Source: Felis catus
Taxonomy: Eukaryota
Assembly: GCF_018350175.1 (NCBI RefSeq)
Contig: NC_058382.1
Span: 12,834,001 to 12,898,000, forward strand
DNA length: 64,000 nucleotides
Direction of reading: 5' to 3'
The notes beneath the pieces were generated by a model. The model was not told the DNA's origin. It did no database searches and was given only the letters and a program-made list of their open reading frames with translations. The first letter of the stretch is position 1. Each line of letters starts with the position of its first letter. Made by a program: the position numbers and the translations under genes. Below are positions 47,451-58,500 of the stretch, one piece after another.

Positions 47451-50294
47451 CCCACATAGGATTTGGGGCTGTTATGGATCCGCCACGTTCCATATAAATT
47501 ACAAGGCCCTACAGGCTCACCAGCTTTCTGCTAGCCCCCCATGGAAACTCGGCTTCTTAATAGATGCAGGCTTCTTCTTAATAGATCAGTCATTAGTACC
47601 CTCCCTTATACAAGGGCCCTTCATGGACTTAATTTGAATACTCTATTTTAGGTTCTTAAAGGCTCCCTCCCAGAGGTTCTTGGAGACCAGGGTCATCCAT
47701 GCAATGTCTTATAGACCCCAAACCTTGCACAGAATCCAGGCGCCCATGTGGTCCCCGACCCATGTCTGCTTTGCTTTAGGACCCTTATCTCTAAGAACCT
47801 TCTAAACCTTCCCCAACCAGCACCACCCCCAGTCCCATGCACACAGCGTCCCCTCTGCTGGACCTTAGGCCTTGTCAGTTGCCTAGAGATCCATCTGACG
47901 GCTGCAACCTATAATTGCCCTTTGTGGCAGCCCCGCGCCCTGTATCTCCTAAGCAGCCAACCCCTCACCTTCCCTGCCAACGTCCTCGCTGAGCCCTAAG
48001 TCCCTGTGAAGCAGCCTCAGCAGCAGCCTGCGCTCCTGCCCGGGTCACAGTGCCCACATACCTCTGACTTTCCCAGACACCATAAAGAGACCCGATAGGT
48101 CTCAGCTTCGGTTCAGATTTTAGTTTCTTAAGGTTGGGGTGGGGTTTCCCCATGCTCTGAAGCAGCACATTCTGATAAATGCATAAACTCTGGAGCCAGA
48201 CTACGTGGGTCTGAATCCTGGCGCTGTCCCTTATGAGCTGTGCCTCAGTTTCCTCTTCTGTAAAAGGGGGATAGTTATAAAACTGAACTCCAGGGGTCCC
48301 TTAGGGGATTCAATGAGTTAATACCTATAAAACAGTTACGTGGTACCTGGCACATACTCAGTGGCCCTTAAGCGCAGATCAGGTGTTAGCTATTATTTCG
48401 TGTTAGCGTGATGAGGAATGAAGTAGGTCACGAGCATCTAGTGCATGATTCGGGGTCTGCCTGGCACTGAGCATTTGCTCACATAATGTGGGTCCTTTCC
48501 TTTGCCCTTTTGGAACCTCCCTGCCTCTGTTGAACCTTCCCCGCCACCCCACCCCCCCCCAAGTGGGATGAGCACGGACGTTCCATGCGCGTGGTCATGT
48601 TTTCCAGCCCAGAAGTTGCAGCTGGTGGCCTGGTGAAGGTTTTCCATCTCGAACGGGAATACTAATCGCATGGGGTGCTTGTGGTTGTGAGCGTTGAGTT
48701 CGTATGTGAGAAGCACCGAGAGCGATGCCTAGCACACTGTAAGTGCTAGGTAAGTTTAGCTTTTGTCATAAGTAAGCACTTTTTTTTTTTTTTTCTTTTT
48801 GCCTTGGTTTACAAATTTATTTAAGTGAAGTTTAAACGGTGCTCAAATCTTAAGTTAACCCAAACTTGAAGTTGGACAGATACACTCTGTGGAAAAGAAT
48901 AAAAACGATGCGTGCTCTGGGGAACCCACAGGACAGCACTTGAAGACTCCAGAAAGCGTCGCTGTCTGATGAGCCTAATCAAAATCATAGCCACCGTTTA
49001 TTGAGTGCCAGGGAGGAGGCCTGTGGAGGAGGGAGAAGGCTGGGTCTGAGGCGACCGGGGTTATAAATAGCTTTGGGAGAGGCCCCCCCCCCCCCCCCCC
49101 ACAGCCCTGCTGGTCCACCCCACCCTGTTTCCACAGCTCCTTCCCGCCTGACACGGGCTCGAGTGGCATTAGTCAGCCTAATTAAGGACACAGAAGATGG
49201 CGGTGGGAAGACACAGGGGGAAGTGGAGACTCTAAGGGAGACAAGATGGGAGAGACAGCAAGAGATGGGAGAGAGAGAGAGAGACGAGAGACAGCATCTG
49301 ACACAGTGACTCGGAGAGGACTTGGGGAGGTGGCTGCAGAGCCAGACGTGGGAAGACAGGCAGAGACACAGGGCACAGGCAGGGAGCAGCAGAAGCAGTG
49401 TTAGGGGGGAGGTGGCTGACTCGGAAGGGAGGCAGAGATGGTGGGGAAGCGAGACGGGCCGGGAGGGAGGGAGGAAAGGGAGACAGGGAGAAGAGAGGCG
49501 AAGACCTGAGGCACATTCGCAGGACAGACGGCCAGGGAGAGCTGGCTGGGGCAGGAGGGCCGACCAGACGGACTGATGCGGGGTGAGGGAGACCGACACC
49601 CCTTGGGGATGGACTGGCTGAGGACTGTCCCTTGCTTTTTGGGATTGGAAGCTGGGAAGATACCGGGTCCCTGAGGGAAAGAAACTGCTGGGTTTGGGGA
49701 AGGAGGTTCAGTTTTGTTTTCTAATGTAGAGCGAGTTGGGGGTTGGGGGATCTGCCATTAGATTTCCTGTCACAGGAAGTGGGGCTGGTGGGTTCAGAGG
49801 CAACATCCTGCCCCAAGCCTGTCAGATGGAGGAGAGCCCCCCACACCCCAGTTATCTCCCTTCTACCTCCCTTTCAACCTTCCCAGCTCTGCTTGGCTCC
49901 AGGCCCTGCCTCCCTAGGACCCAGCCTGCAGCCCCCTCCTCCCTCAGATCCAGGAGTCCAGGCCCCCCCGGCCCCTCCTCCATTAGGGACCCCAAATTAC
50001 AGGCTCTCATGTCCACAGCTCTCTCATGGACCCAGGCTCCTGGGCCCCCATCTCTCCCCCCCCATTCCAAGGCTCCCTGTCCTTGGGCTCCCCCGCCCTG
50101 GCTGGCCTCTGAAGGGCTCTTTGTCGCCACACAGAGGCCCCATTGAGCTGCGGACGCCGGATTGGGGGGGCGGGTGCTGTTTACTCACCTTCACACCTGG
50201 GCCAGGAATCTGTGAGTAACCGCCCTGTGCCTGTGCCGCTGCCTCCTGCCCCCCCTAACCGTGGCCCCTCCTCTTCCTCAGCCCTGTGGAGCCC

Positions 50295-52570
50295 ATGGAG
50301 GCAGACGACATTGCCCGCGGGCTGGTGAGTGGAGAGAGCCTGGGGTGAGAGGACTGGGGGACTGAAGTGAGGAGCACTGTGAGCTGAAGCCATCCCTCTT
50401 CCACAGGCCCCGGGACCACCGCGGCCTGGCCTGGTGCCAGTCAGCATCATCGGGGCTGAAGACGAAGATTTTGAGAATGAGCTGGAGACGGTGAGGGGTG
50501 GAAAAGCTTCTGTCCCAGTCTCCCTAGGCCCCAGCCTCAAGTCCCATCTTCAGGGTCCCCTCCCTCCTTAGGTCCATCGTTGGATGCTGCCCCCTGCCTC
50601 CTCTCGCCGCTCGCCCGCTTTCTCTAATCTTCTGGGTACCACCTTTGCCGTCCCCTACTACCCCATCCCTGATGCCCCATTAGAGCACAGACTTTCACCC
50701 TTTTTACTCTCACCTGGTTTTTGTCACCATCTTCCTTAATTGCGGCACAGACCCCTACTCTGTCTCCTAATGCCTGTCCTTGTCACCCACATGCATAACA
50801 TTAGATCTCATCCCCTGTCCCCGACACCAGCGCTGGCCACCACCCTTACAGCGTAGACACCACTGCCCGTGGTGGTGTGGGTGGGGGACGGGTCAAGCCC
50901 AAGGCTCCCCTTCTCCCCACCGTCTCACCCCCATCCCCACCCTCAGAATGCAGAGGAGCAAAACAGCCAGTTCCAGAGTCTGGAGCAGGTGAAGCGGCGG
51001 CCTGCCCACCTCATGGCCTTCTTGCAGCACGTCGCCCTGCAGTTTGAGCCGGGACCCCTGGTGAGGGCAAGGCTGGGTGGGCAGAGGGAGGGGTGGGGCC
51101 GGACAGGCCACAGCGCTCAGAGAGATGGACTAGTGAAGATGAGCTGGGAGGGTTTGGAAAACAGATCCAGAATACACAGCACAAGATCTAGAAACAGAGA
51201 GCCAGAGAACTAGCCGCATGATCCCAACAAGATTGCAGGTGCCCCGTGTCCGTCTCTGTGAGCAGCAGGTGCAGGCGGGAGAGTACACCCAGCAGGGGCA
51301 CCCGGAGGGCAGCAGGGAATCCTGAAGCTGGCAGAGACCGTGCCCCACCCCCGCCTTCCCAGCCCGTGGCAGTGACCGCGACCTTTCCCACTGACCCTGC
51401 AAGTGGATCCCCCTCTGTGGCCTCGGCAGTGCCACCAGTCATTCAGGGCTGGTGCACGGGAGAAAGCCACTAGCCTTCCCAGGTCCAGGTGGCACAGGAG
51501 GCCCCGGTCCAGAAATAAGAAGCCACCACAAAGCAGCCCACGAGGCAGAGAGAATGCAGTTGATGATCCACAGATATCAGACAGAAATTACCTGGGCGGT
51601 GGTGGATGCCCAGAGAACCATGCCGTCCGGAAACATGCAGAGTCCAGAGAACCAGTGGGTGATTTAGAAAGGAAGAGGCCACCGCTCGGGCTGGAGGGGG
51701 CTCCAGGCAAGGATCTCCTCCCAAGATGACCCAGGGCAACCCAGCACAGGCTGCAGTTAGGGGGTAGCCTAGAGCACTGGACTGCACTGGAAATGCATAG
51801 TAGGTCCCCTCTGGAGACCAGAGACTGATAGAAATGCCAGGGCAGGATGCCTGGGGGATGCAGAAGGGAGGGCGCATTGACCGATCCTGTGGCTTCCGAG
51901 ATCGGCAGGAATCGGGAAGGTGCCTTCTCTCCAGAAAAGTAGCTGCCCCTTGCCTGTGAATGGAGGCTCTGGCCCTCCAGGCAAGGGGGTCCCCCTACTG
52001 AACCTGGGGTTTCTAGAACCTGAGCTCTTGGAACTCAGCCCAGGGTGGTGCTGACTGCCATGGCCTTTTACAGATGTGGAAACTGAGGCCTGGCAAGGGC
52101 CAGGGGCTTGGCTGAGGTGACCCAGATGCCCCCCCACCCCCAGCATTTGGAATCTGTCCTCCTGCTGCTCCCTCACCTCATCAGCTGGGAAAGCGGCCAA
52201 GAAAGAGTTGCGGTCCCGTGGGCTGCTTCCTGGAGCCCCCGTGTTGCGGTCCCGTGGCCTCTCCTGGAGTTTGGGGGTGTGCAGACGCAGATTTGTTGGA
52301 AATGGTTACAGCAGAGAAATAGATTCTTGCCCCTGCTGGGGCAAGTCCTTAGCGCAGAGACCATGTCCCTTACCGGATGAGAGACCCCAGGAGTCGGGTT
52401 GGAGTTTCCAGTGCCCTGCCAGCATCACCCAGCATGGGGCTGACACACAGCCAGCCCTCAGGAAAAGAGCAGTAAATGAATGAGAGAGCCCACTTGTCCA
52501 CCTGTTTATTTACTCAGCCCCACTGTGCACTAGGCCTTGTCTGGGGCACAGGCAAGTCAGAACCTCACAT

Positions 52571-52601
<31 letters not shown>

Positions 52602-55546
52602 CACACACGCATCCTCAAGTCTCTCGTGGTATTGTGGCTTTTTTTTTTTTAGAGCTAGAGCACCCACCAGCAGAGCAGGGGGAGGGGCAGAGTGAGAGGG
52701 AGAGAATCTCAAGCATGCTCCACACCCAGCTCACGGAGCCCAGCTCTGGGCTTAATCTCACCACCCTGAGGATCATGACCTGAGCTGAAATCAAGAGCCG
52801 GATGCTTAACTGACTAAGCTCCCTGGGCACCCTGCTTCATGGTGTTTCCTAGGCAGTGGGGTGTAGTGGAATAGGCTGCCTGGATTCTGATCCCAAACTT
52901 TGCCACTTACTAGCTGTGTGACCTTGAGCAAGCTTCTTGAGCTCAGTTTTCTTATCTGTAAAATGGGATAACGTTGACCAGGTTAACGTGGTTAAAGGGT
53001 TTAGAGCAGCATCTGGTACGCGCCCCTAGCTGTCTTAGTGTAGCAGGTGACGCCAGGAGACAGAACCGGAGAGAGCCATTTCACAGGACAGAAAATTAGC
53101 AAATGCTCTTGGTGGCCCCAGGGAGGCCAAGAGAGGCAAGGGCCTGGGGGGGGGGGGGGTGATGGAAATCAGGGAGCACTAGCAGAAGGTTTGAGCCCCA
53201 GGCTTTTTGAGGGAGAATATGGTTTGGGGAGGGGGAAGAAGACGAGTGACAGTCTGTCTCCCCAGCTCTGCTGCCTGCACGCGGACATGCTGGGTTCACT
53301 GGGCCCTAAGGAGGCCAGAAAGGCTTTCCTCGACTTCTGCCACAGCTTCCTGGAAAAGACCGCGGTGAGAAACACCTTCGGGGGACCCCAGCCCCTCCCC
53401 CCCATTCTTTGGTCCTGGGGAGACTCTGTGCCACCCTGGCCCACCCTCCGCCGCTCCCTCCCCTCAGACCGTCATTCCAGTGGGCACCTGGGCTGCGGTC
53501 CCGTGACCCCACCACTGCCCAGTCCTCTCCTTCATTCCGTTCTCTGTTCTCTGTCCCGAGCAGGTTTTGCGGGTGCCAGTCCCTCCCACTGTTGCCTTTG
53601 AACTTGGTAAGGAGAGAAAAGGGGACTGTGGGTGGGGGAGAGGTTGGTAGCCGGGGGCTGGGGTATCTGGGGAGTCCCAGGGAGGGAAGCCGCCCTTTCT
53701 GCTCACGGGGACAGTAGAGATTCCTCCTCCCCTTCCCCCTGGTCGCTGCAGCCCAAGGGTGGGTGGAACTGGCCTCCAGCCCCCTGCCTGTGTCCCTACA
53801 CAGACCGCACACGGCCCGACCTCCTCTCCGAGGACCTCCAGCGGCAGTTTGTGCAGGAGGTGGTGCAGAGCCAGCAGGCCACCGTCAGCCAGCTGCTGGA
53901 GGACTTCCGCTCCAAGAGGCCTCATGGGCATGACACCCTGGGAGCACGACCTGACCCAGCTGGAGGCCTGGGTGGGGCGGGACCGTGCCAGCTTTTGAGG
54001 CCCGGGAGCGGCACCTGGCCGAGCGGCTGCTGACCCACCTGGAAGAGATGCAGTGAGTGGGGCCCGTGCCCTGTCCAGCCTGGTGTGTTGTGGGGGGGGT
54101 GGTCCCTGCAACTTCACGGTTCCTTCCTTAACGTTTGGGCTCTGGGTCCCCTGGCCCTGGCATTTTAATCCGTCTGGTTGTCTGGTTTTGTGTCCTCTCT
54201 TCCCAGCTTTGGGGCACCCTCCGAGTTTCCAGGTCTTTCCACAGCCTTGTGTGTGGGCCTGGCGCTTGGGTCCTGTCCTTGCAGCTCCCGGCTGCCCTTG
54301 GTGCCCTCGAAAGAGACACTCCTCCCTGCTGTGATCCTCCTTCCCCTCAGCCTTGGCACTCTCCCTCTCTGCCTCTTCTTTCTCTCCTGTCCCAGCGTCT
54401 AAGGGGACAGCAACCCAGACATTTGTGCCGGGTAGGCAGGGACCCAGGCCTAGCAAGTTTATCACAAACTTCTTTCTTCTTTTTTACAGACACACCATCT
54501 CGACTGATGAGGAAAAGAGGTGATGGAAGCAGAGAGGACAGCAGGAGAGGCATTTAGCCCCCTGGGACCCAGGGAGGAGGACCAGGGGTCTAGGGGCCTG
54601 GGCATGGAACGGCATCCCTGGCCCTGTCCTCCGGAGCCCTCTCCCCCTTCCTCAGACACTCACTTGGAAGCTGTTGTGGGGTTGGGGTGGGGAGCGAACG
54701 TGGAGGGGAAGGCTTGGGGATAGCGGTGTCCCTGCGGCCATGGGCGTGTGCGCATCTGTGCACGTGTCAGGGCCCTCACCATCCCCTTCCCACAGTGCCG
54801 CCGTGGTCAACGCCATCAGCCTGTACATGCGCCACCTTGGGGTGCGGACCAAGAGCGGGGACAAGAAGTCAGGGAGGAATTTCTGCCGAAAAAAGGTGCT
54901 TCCCTGAGCGCTCAAACCCGGCCCTTTCCTCCCCAGGGACTCCTGGGGAGCCCCGTGACTCTGGCCTCCTGGGGTCTGATTCAGCTTTGTTGGGGTCTCA
55001 GAAATGCACAGCCCCCTCTCCACTCTCCTCCTTCCCTTAGATGATAGGGAATCGGCGGTCAGATGAGCCAACCAAGACGAAGAAAGGCCTGAGCATCTTC
55101 CTGGATGCTGCCCGCTGGAATCGGGGAGAGCCTCAGGGTGAGGTGGCTGGCCCCGGCCCTCCCTGACTTCCCCCACACCGCCCCCGCCTCATGGTCCCGT
55201 CTTTTCATTTCAGCCCCAGATTTCCGACACCTCAAAGTCGAGGCTGATGGTAATGGTCCTGAAGCTAGCCGGGGGCCTTGGGGAGGGGGTGGGGGGCTGT
55301 AGGATGGAGCTGGAGCACAGGCTGCTGTGTGGGTTAGAGTCACTGGGCTCTCACTTACACTTTCTCCTGGATGTTTCCCCAGCTGAGAAGCCAGGCCTTA
55401 CAGAAAGGAAGGGAGGCCTGGGGGTGCCCTCCCGGGACCGGAACACTGGGGCTGCCGGGCAGGACATCGCTGGAGTTTCCCTGCACCCTCTGTCTGGGGA
55501 CAGCCCTGACCGGGAGCCAGGTGAGTTTCCTGGGTCTCTCAGAGAG

Positions 55547-55582
<36 letters not shown>

Positions 55583-58500
55583 CTCCTGGTCACCAGTCTT
55601 GTTAATAAAACCACCCCGTTCCCTCAGTTCACCCATTCCACAGCTTTCCTCTCAGGCTCCCACCGCTCTCCAGGTGATGCGTTTCCCACCTGCTTGGACT
55701 ACGTTTCCCGTCAGCCCCCCACAGCGCCATTTCCCAGGACCCTCTCAGTACACTGTCAGTCACCCCCATGGATCTGAGACAGCTGCTTGGCTGGGCCTGG
55801 GTTCAGATCCTGGCTCTGCGGCTTAGTTGTGTTGTATCTCGGGAGTCGCTCCTCTGTCTGAGACTCAGGCTCCTCGTTCCTAAATGGGAACCACCCCCCC
55901 CCCCTTCCCGTAAGTCCCGGCTGAGGCTCGGGAGAGGGAATAGACGCGGAGGCATCATGCAGAGCACCCGGCCTCCCTGCTTCAGTGTTTTCTTCACCGC
56001 CTCCGCCCCCCCCCCGGCCCCAGCTGCCCACAGCCGTGTTCTCAGAGGCCTTTCCATTTCCATCTGTCCGTCCCCCGCTGAAGCGCAGGGCAGCCTCTGG
56101 TGTCTGGCAGGCATTGGGTGGTTTTAGCCCCCGTCCCCCATTCCCCGGGGGTCACGGAGGCCCCCAGAGCATGCGTCTTGCCACGAGGGCCTGGCAGCCA
56201 GCCTCGCTCTCCCCCGCTGCCCGCACAGGTGTTGATGCCCCACCAGAGCTGGGGGACCCGCCCCCGCAGGGCCCGGCCAGCCTGGAGCCCGTGGTGCCCC
56301 CGGAGAACACGGAGGAGGGTGCTGAGACAGAGAGGTGCCCGGGGCCGGGTGCGGGGGGAGGGGTTGCTGGGAGCAGGACCAGGCTTACCAGGGGGGGAGG
56401 CGTGTGCCGTGTGCCGGGTCGCGCTGCCATCTGCACCTGCTGTCCCCGAACCATCTCCACTCTGCCCTGCTCCTCCCTTTTTCCATTTTCCGCCTTCTCT
56501 TTCCTTCTCCGGCTTCCTCTTTTCTCATCTCCTCCTCCCACTTCCTCTTCTTGCGCTCCGAGCCCCTTCAAGTTTTCAGCCCTTCCCTCCTCTTCTAAGC
56601 CACCGCCCAGCGCCTCGCTCCTGCCTCCCGGTGCCCTGTCCTCCATCCCCCACCCTGTGTGCTCCATGCCTGGGGGCCCTGTCCCCCTCACAGTTGGGGG
56701 GCAGGCTCTGCCCCCTGCCTGTCCTTGTGCCGCTGCTTTGGGGACCCTTTGGTGGGTGGGGGAGGTGAGTTGGGTTCCGTTTGGGTCCACCTCTGACCCT
56801 GTGCCCCTCTCTCCCCAGAAAGTGGAAGAGGTGGGTGCCTGGGCCCTGGGTTGGGGGAGGGCTAGCCCCTCCCCCACTTCTCCCAGCCCCTCCCCTCTCC
56901 CCATGGGCCACCCCCTCCCCTTCACCCTGCAAGGGGTGGGTGGGGACATCACCCTCCCAGCAGAAGAGCTAAGTATTAAAACCCCCTTCCCCACCTCACT
57001 CCCAGTTCTGCCCCCACCATCCCCCTGCCTCAGGGAAGGGAGGGGTCAGTCCTGTGCTCCATATTGGGTTTCCCTCCCTACCCCTCCTGACCACCCCCAC
57101 TGCCCCAGCACCCCGAAGTCCCACTGCTCCTTCTGACTCTCTCCTCTCTTCTGTTGCATGTTCAATCTCTGTCCTGGTCTCCCCTACCCCCGTCCGTCTG
57201 TCCCTGTCCTGGTCTCTCTGTCTGTCCCTGACCTGGTATCTCCCCCCCTCTGTCCCTGTCCTGGCCTCTCCCCTTCTGTCCCTGTCTTGGTCTCTCCCCA
57301 TCTCTGTCCCTGTCTTGGTCTCTCCCTGTCTCTGTACTGGCCTCTGGCTGACTCTGTCCTTGGCCTCGGGGTCCAGGCTATCGGGGCGTCTGGGGCGCTC
57401 GGAGAGCCTGCGGGTGAGTGACCGCCGCCGGCCTTCCCGGGGCAGCCTCGGGGCTAAGGGCCGGGGTGGGGGCCGCTCCCGGAGTGACGTGGACATGGAC
57501 CCCAGCTCTGCCACGGCCGTGCTTGGCCCTGCCCGACGAGCCACGTAGGTCATTCCTCCCCCCATCCACTGAGGCAGCCTGGAGAGTCAGAAGGATGGTG
57601 GGGGCGGGGTTGTTGCCAGAGTGACAGAGAACTGGGTTTTGGATGCTAAGGTCACCAAGGTCACCAGAAAGGTGTGGGACTCTTCTTTCTAGAGATCTGG
57701 GGGCATATGGGCTACTTTGGAGGCATTGAATGCCAAGGCCACAGAGCGGGGGTTGGACACTAGGAATGGAGGTCTTCTCCCTGGGATGCCCCAAGCCGGG
57801 GCCCTAACAAGGCCTCTGTCCCACAGCCCTGAGCCTGGAGATGAAGGGGACCCAGGTCGGTCTGGACTAGAGCTGGAACCAGAAGAGCCCCCTGGCTGGC
57901 GGGAGCTCGTCCCCCCAGGCACCCTGCACAGCCTGCCCAAGAGCCAGGTGAAGCGGCAGGAGGTTATCAGCGGTGAGTACCCCTCCCTGCACCCCCTGTG
58001 GCCAGCCACACAGCCCAGTTCTGCCGAAGAGACAGGTGCGGGGGAGATGTCCACCCGGGGGTCAATGACAACAGGCCGAACTACGAGCTGGCCTGTTCCC
58101 ATTGAGGGCCATTCATTATGTAAATTGTAGAACAGCCACTCGTGGAACAGGACTGTGGCTGTCAGCCCGTCAAACTGACGTTCGCAGAGAGTTTTTGGTA
58201 GTGCGGGACAGTGCAGGCAGGAGCTGGAAATGGTACAGAAAGTTGTATTTCTAGTGCAAATCCTTGTTTCCTTATTTGGGAAACACGGATAGTAATGGTC
58301 CTACCCCAAAAGACTGTCACGAAGCGGAGATGTTTCACGTGATGTTTAGCGTGGGTGTGGGGCTGGGTAAGAACGTTCCGATGTGACGGTTACTACTGTG
58401 ATCTTAACCGTTTAGGGGCGAAATGGGCAAGTTTCAGAAGATAATACATCAGTGCTTGCTTCTGGGCGGAGAGATGATGGGAGTATCATTTCTGTCTCGG

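Noticed and set aside
53464-54465. 333-aa minus-strand ORF
   Set aside because: Antisense shadow of ARHGEF1 exons in GC-rich DNA, with no independent support.
55985-57136. 383-aa plus-strand ORF
   Set aside because: Only 56229-56334 is a real ARHGEF1 exon; the rest is C-rich intron read-through.
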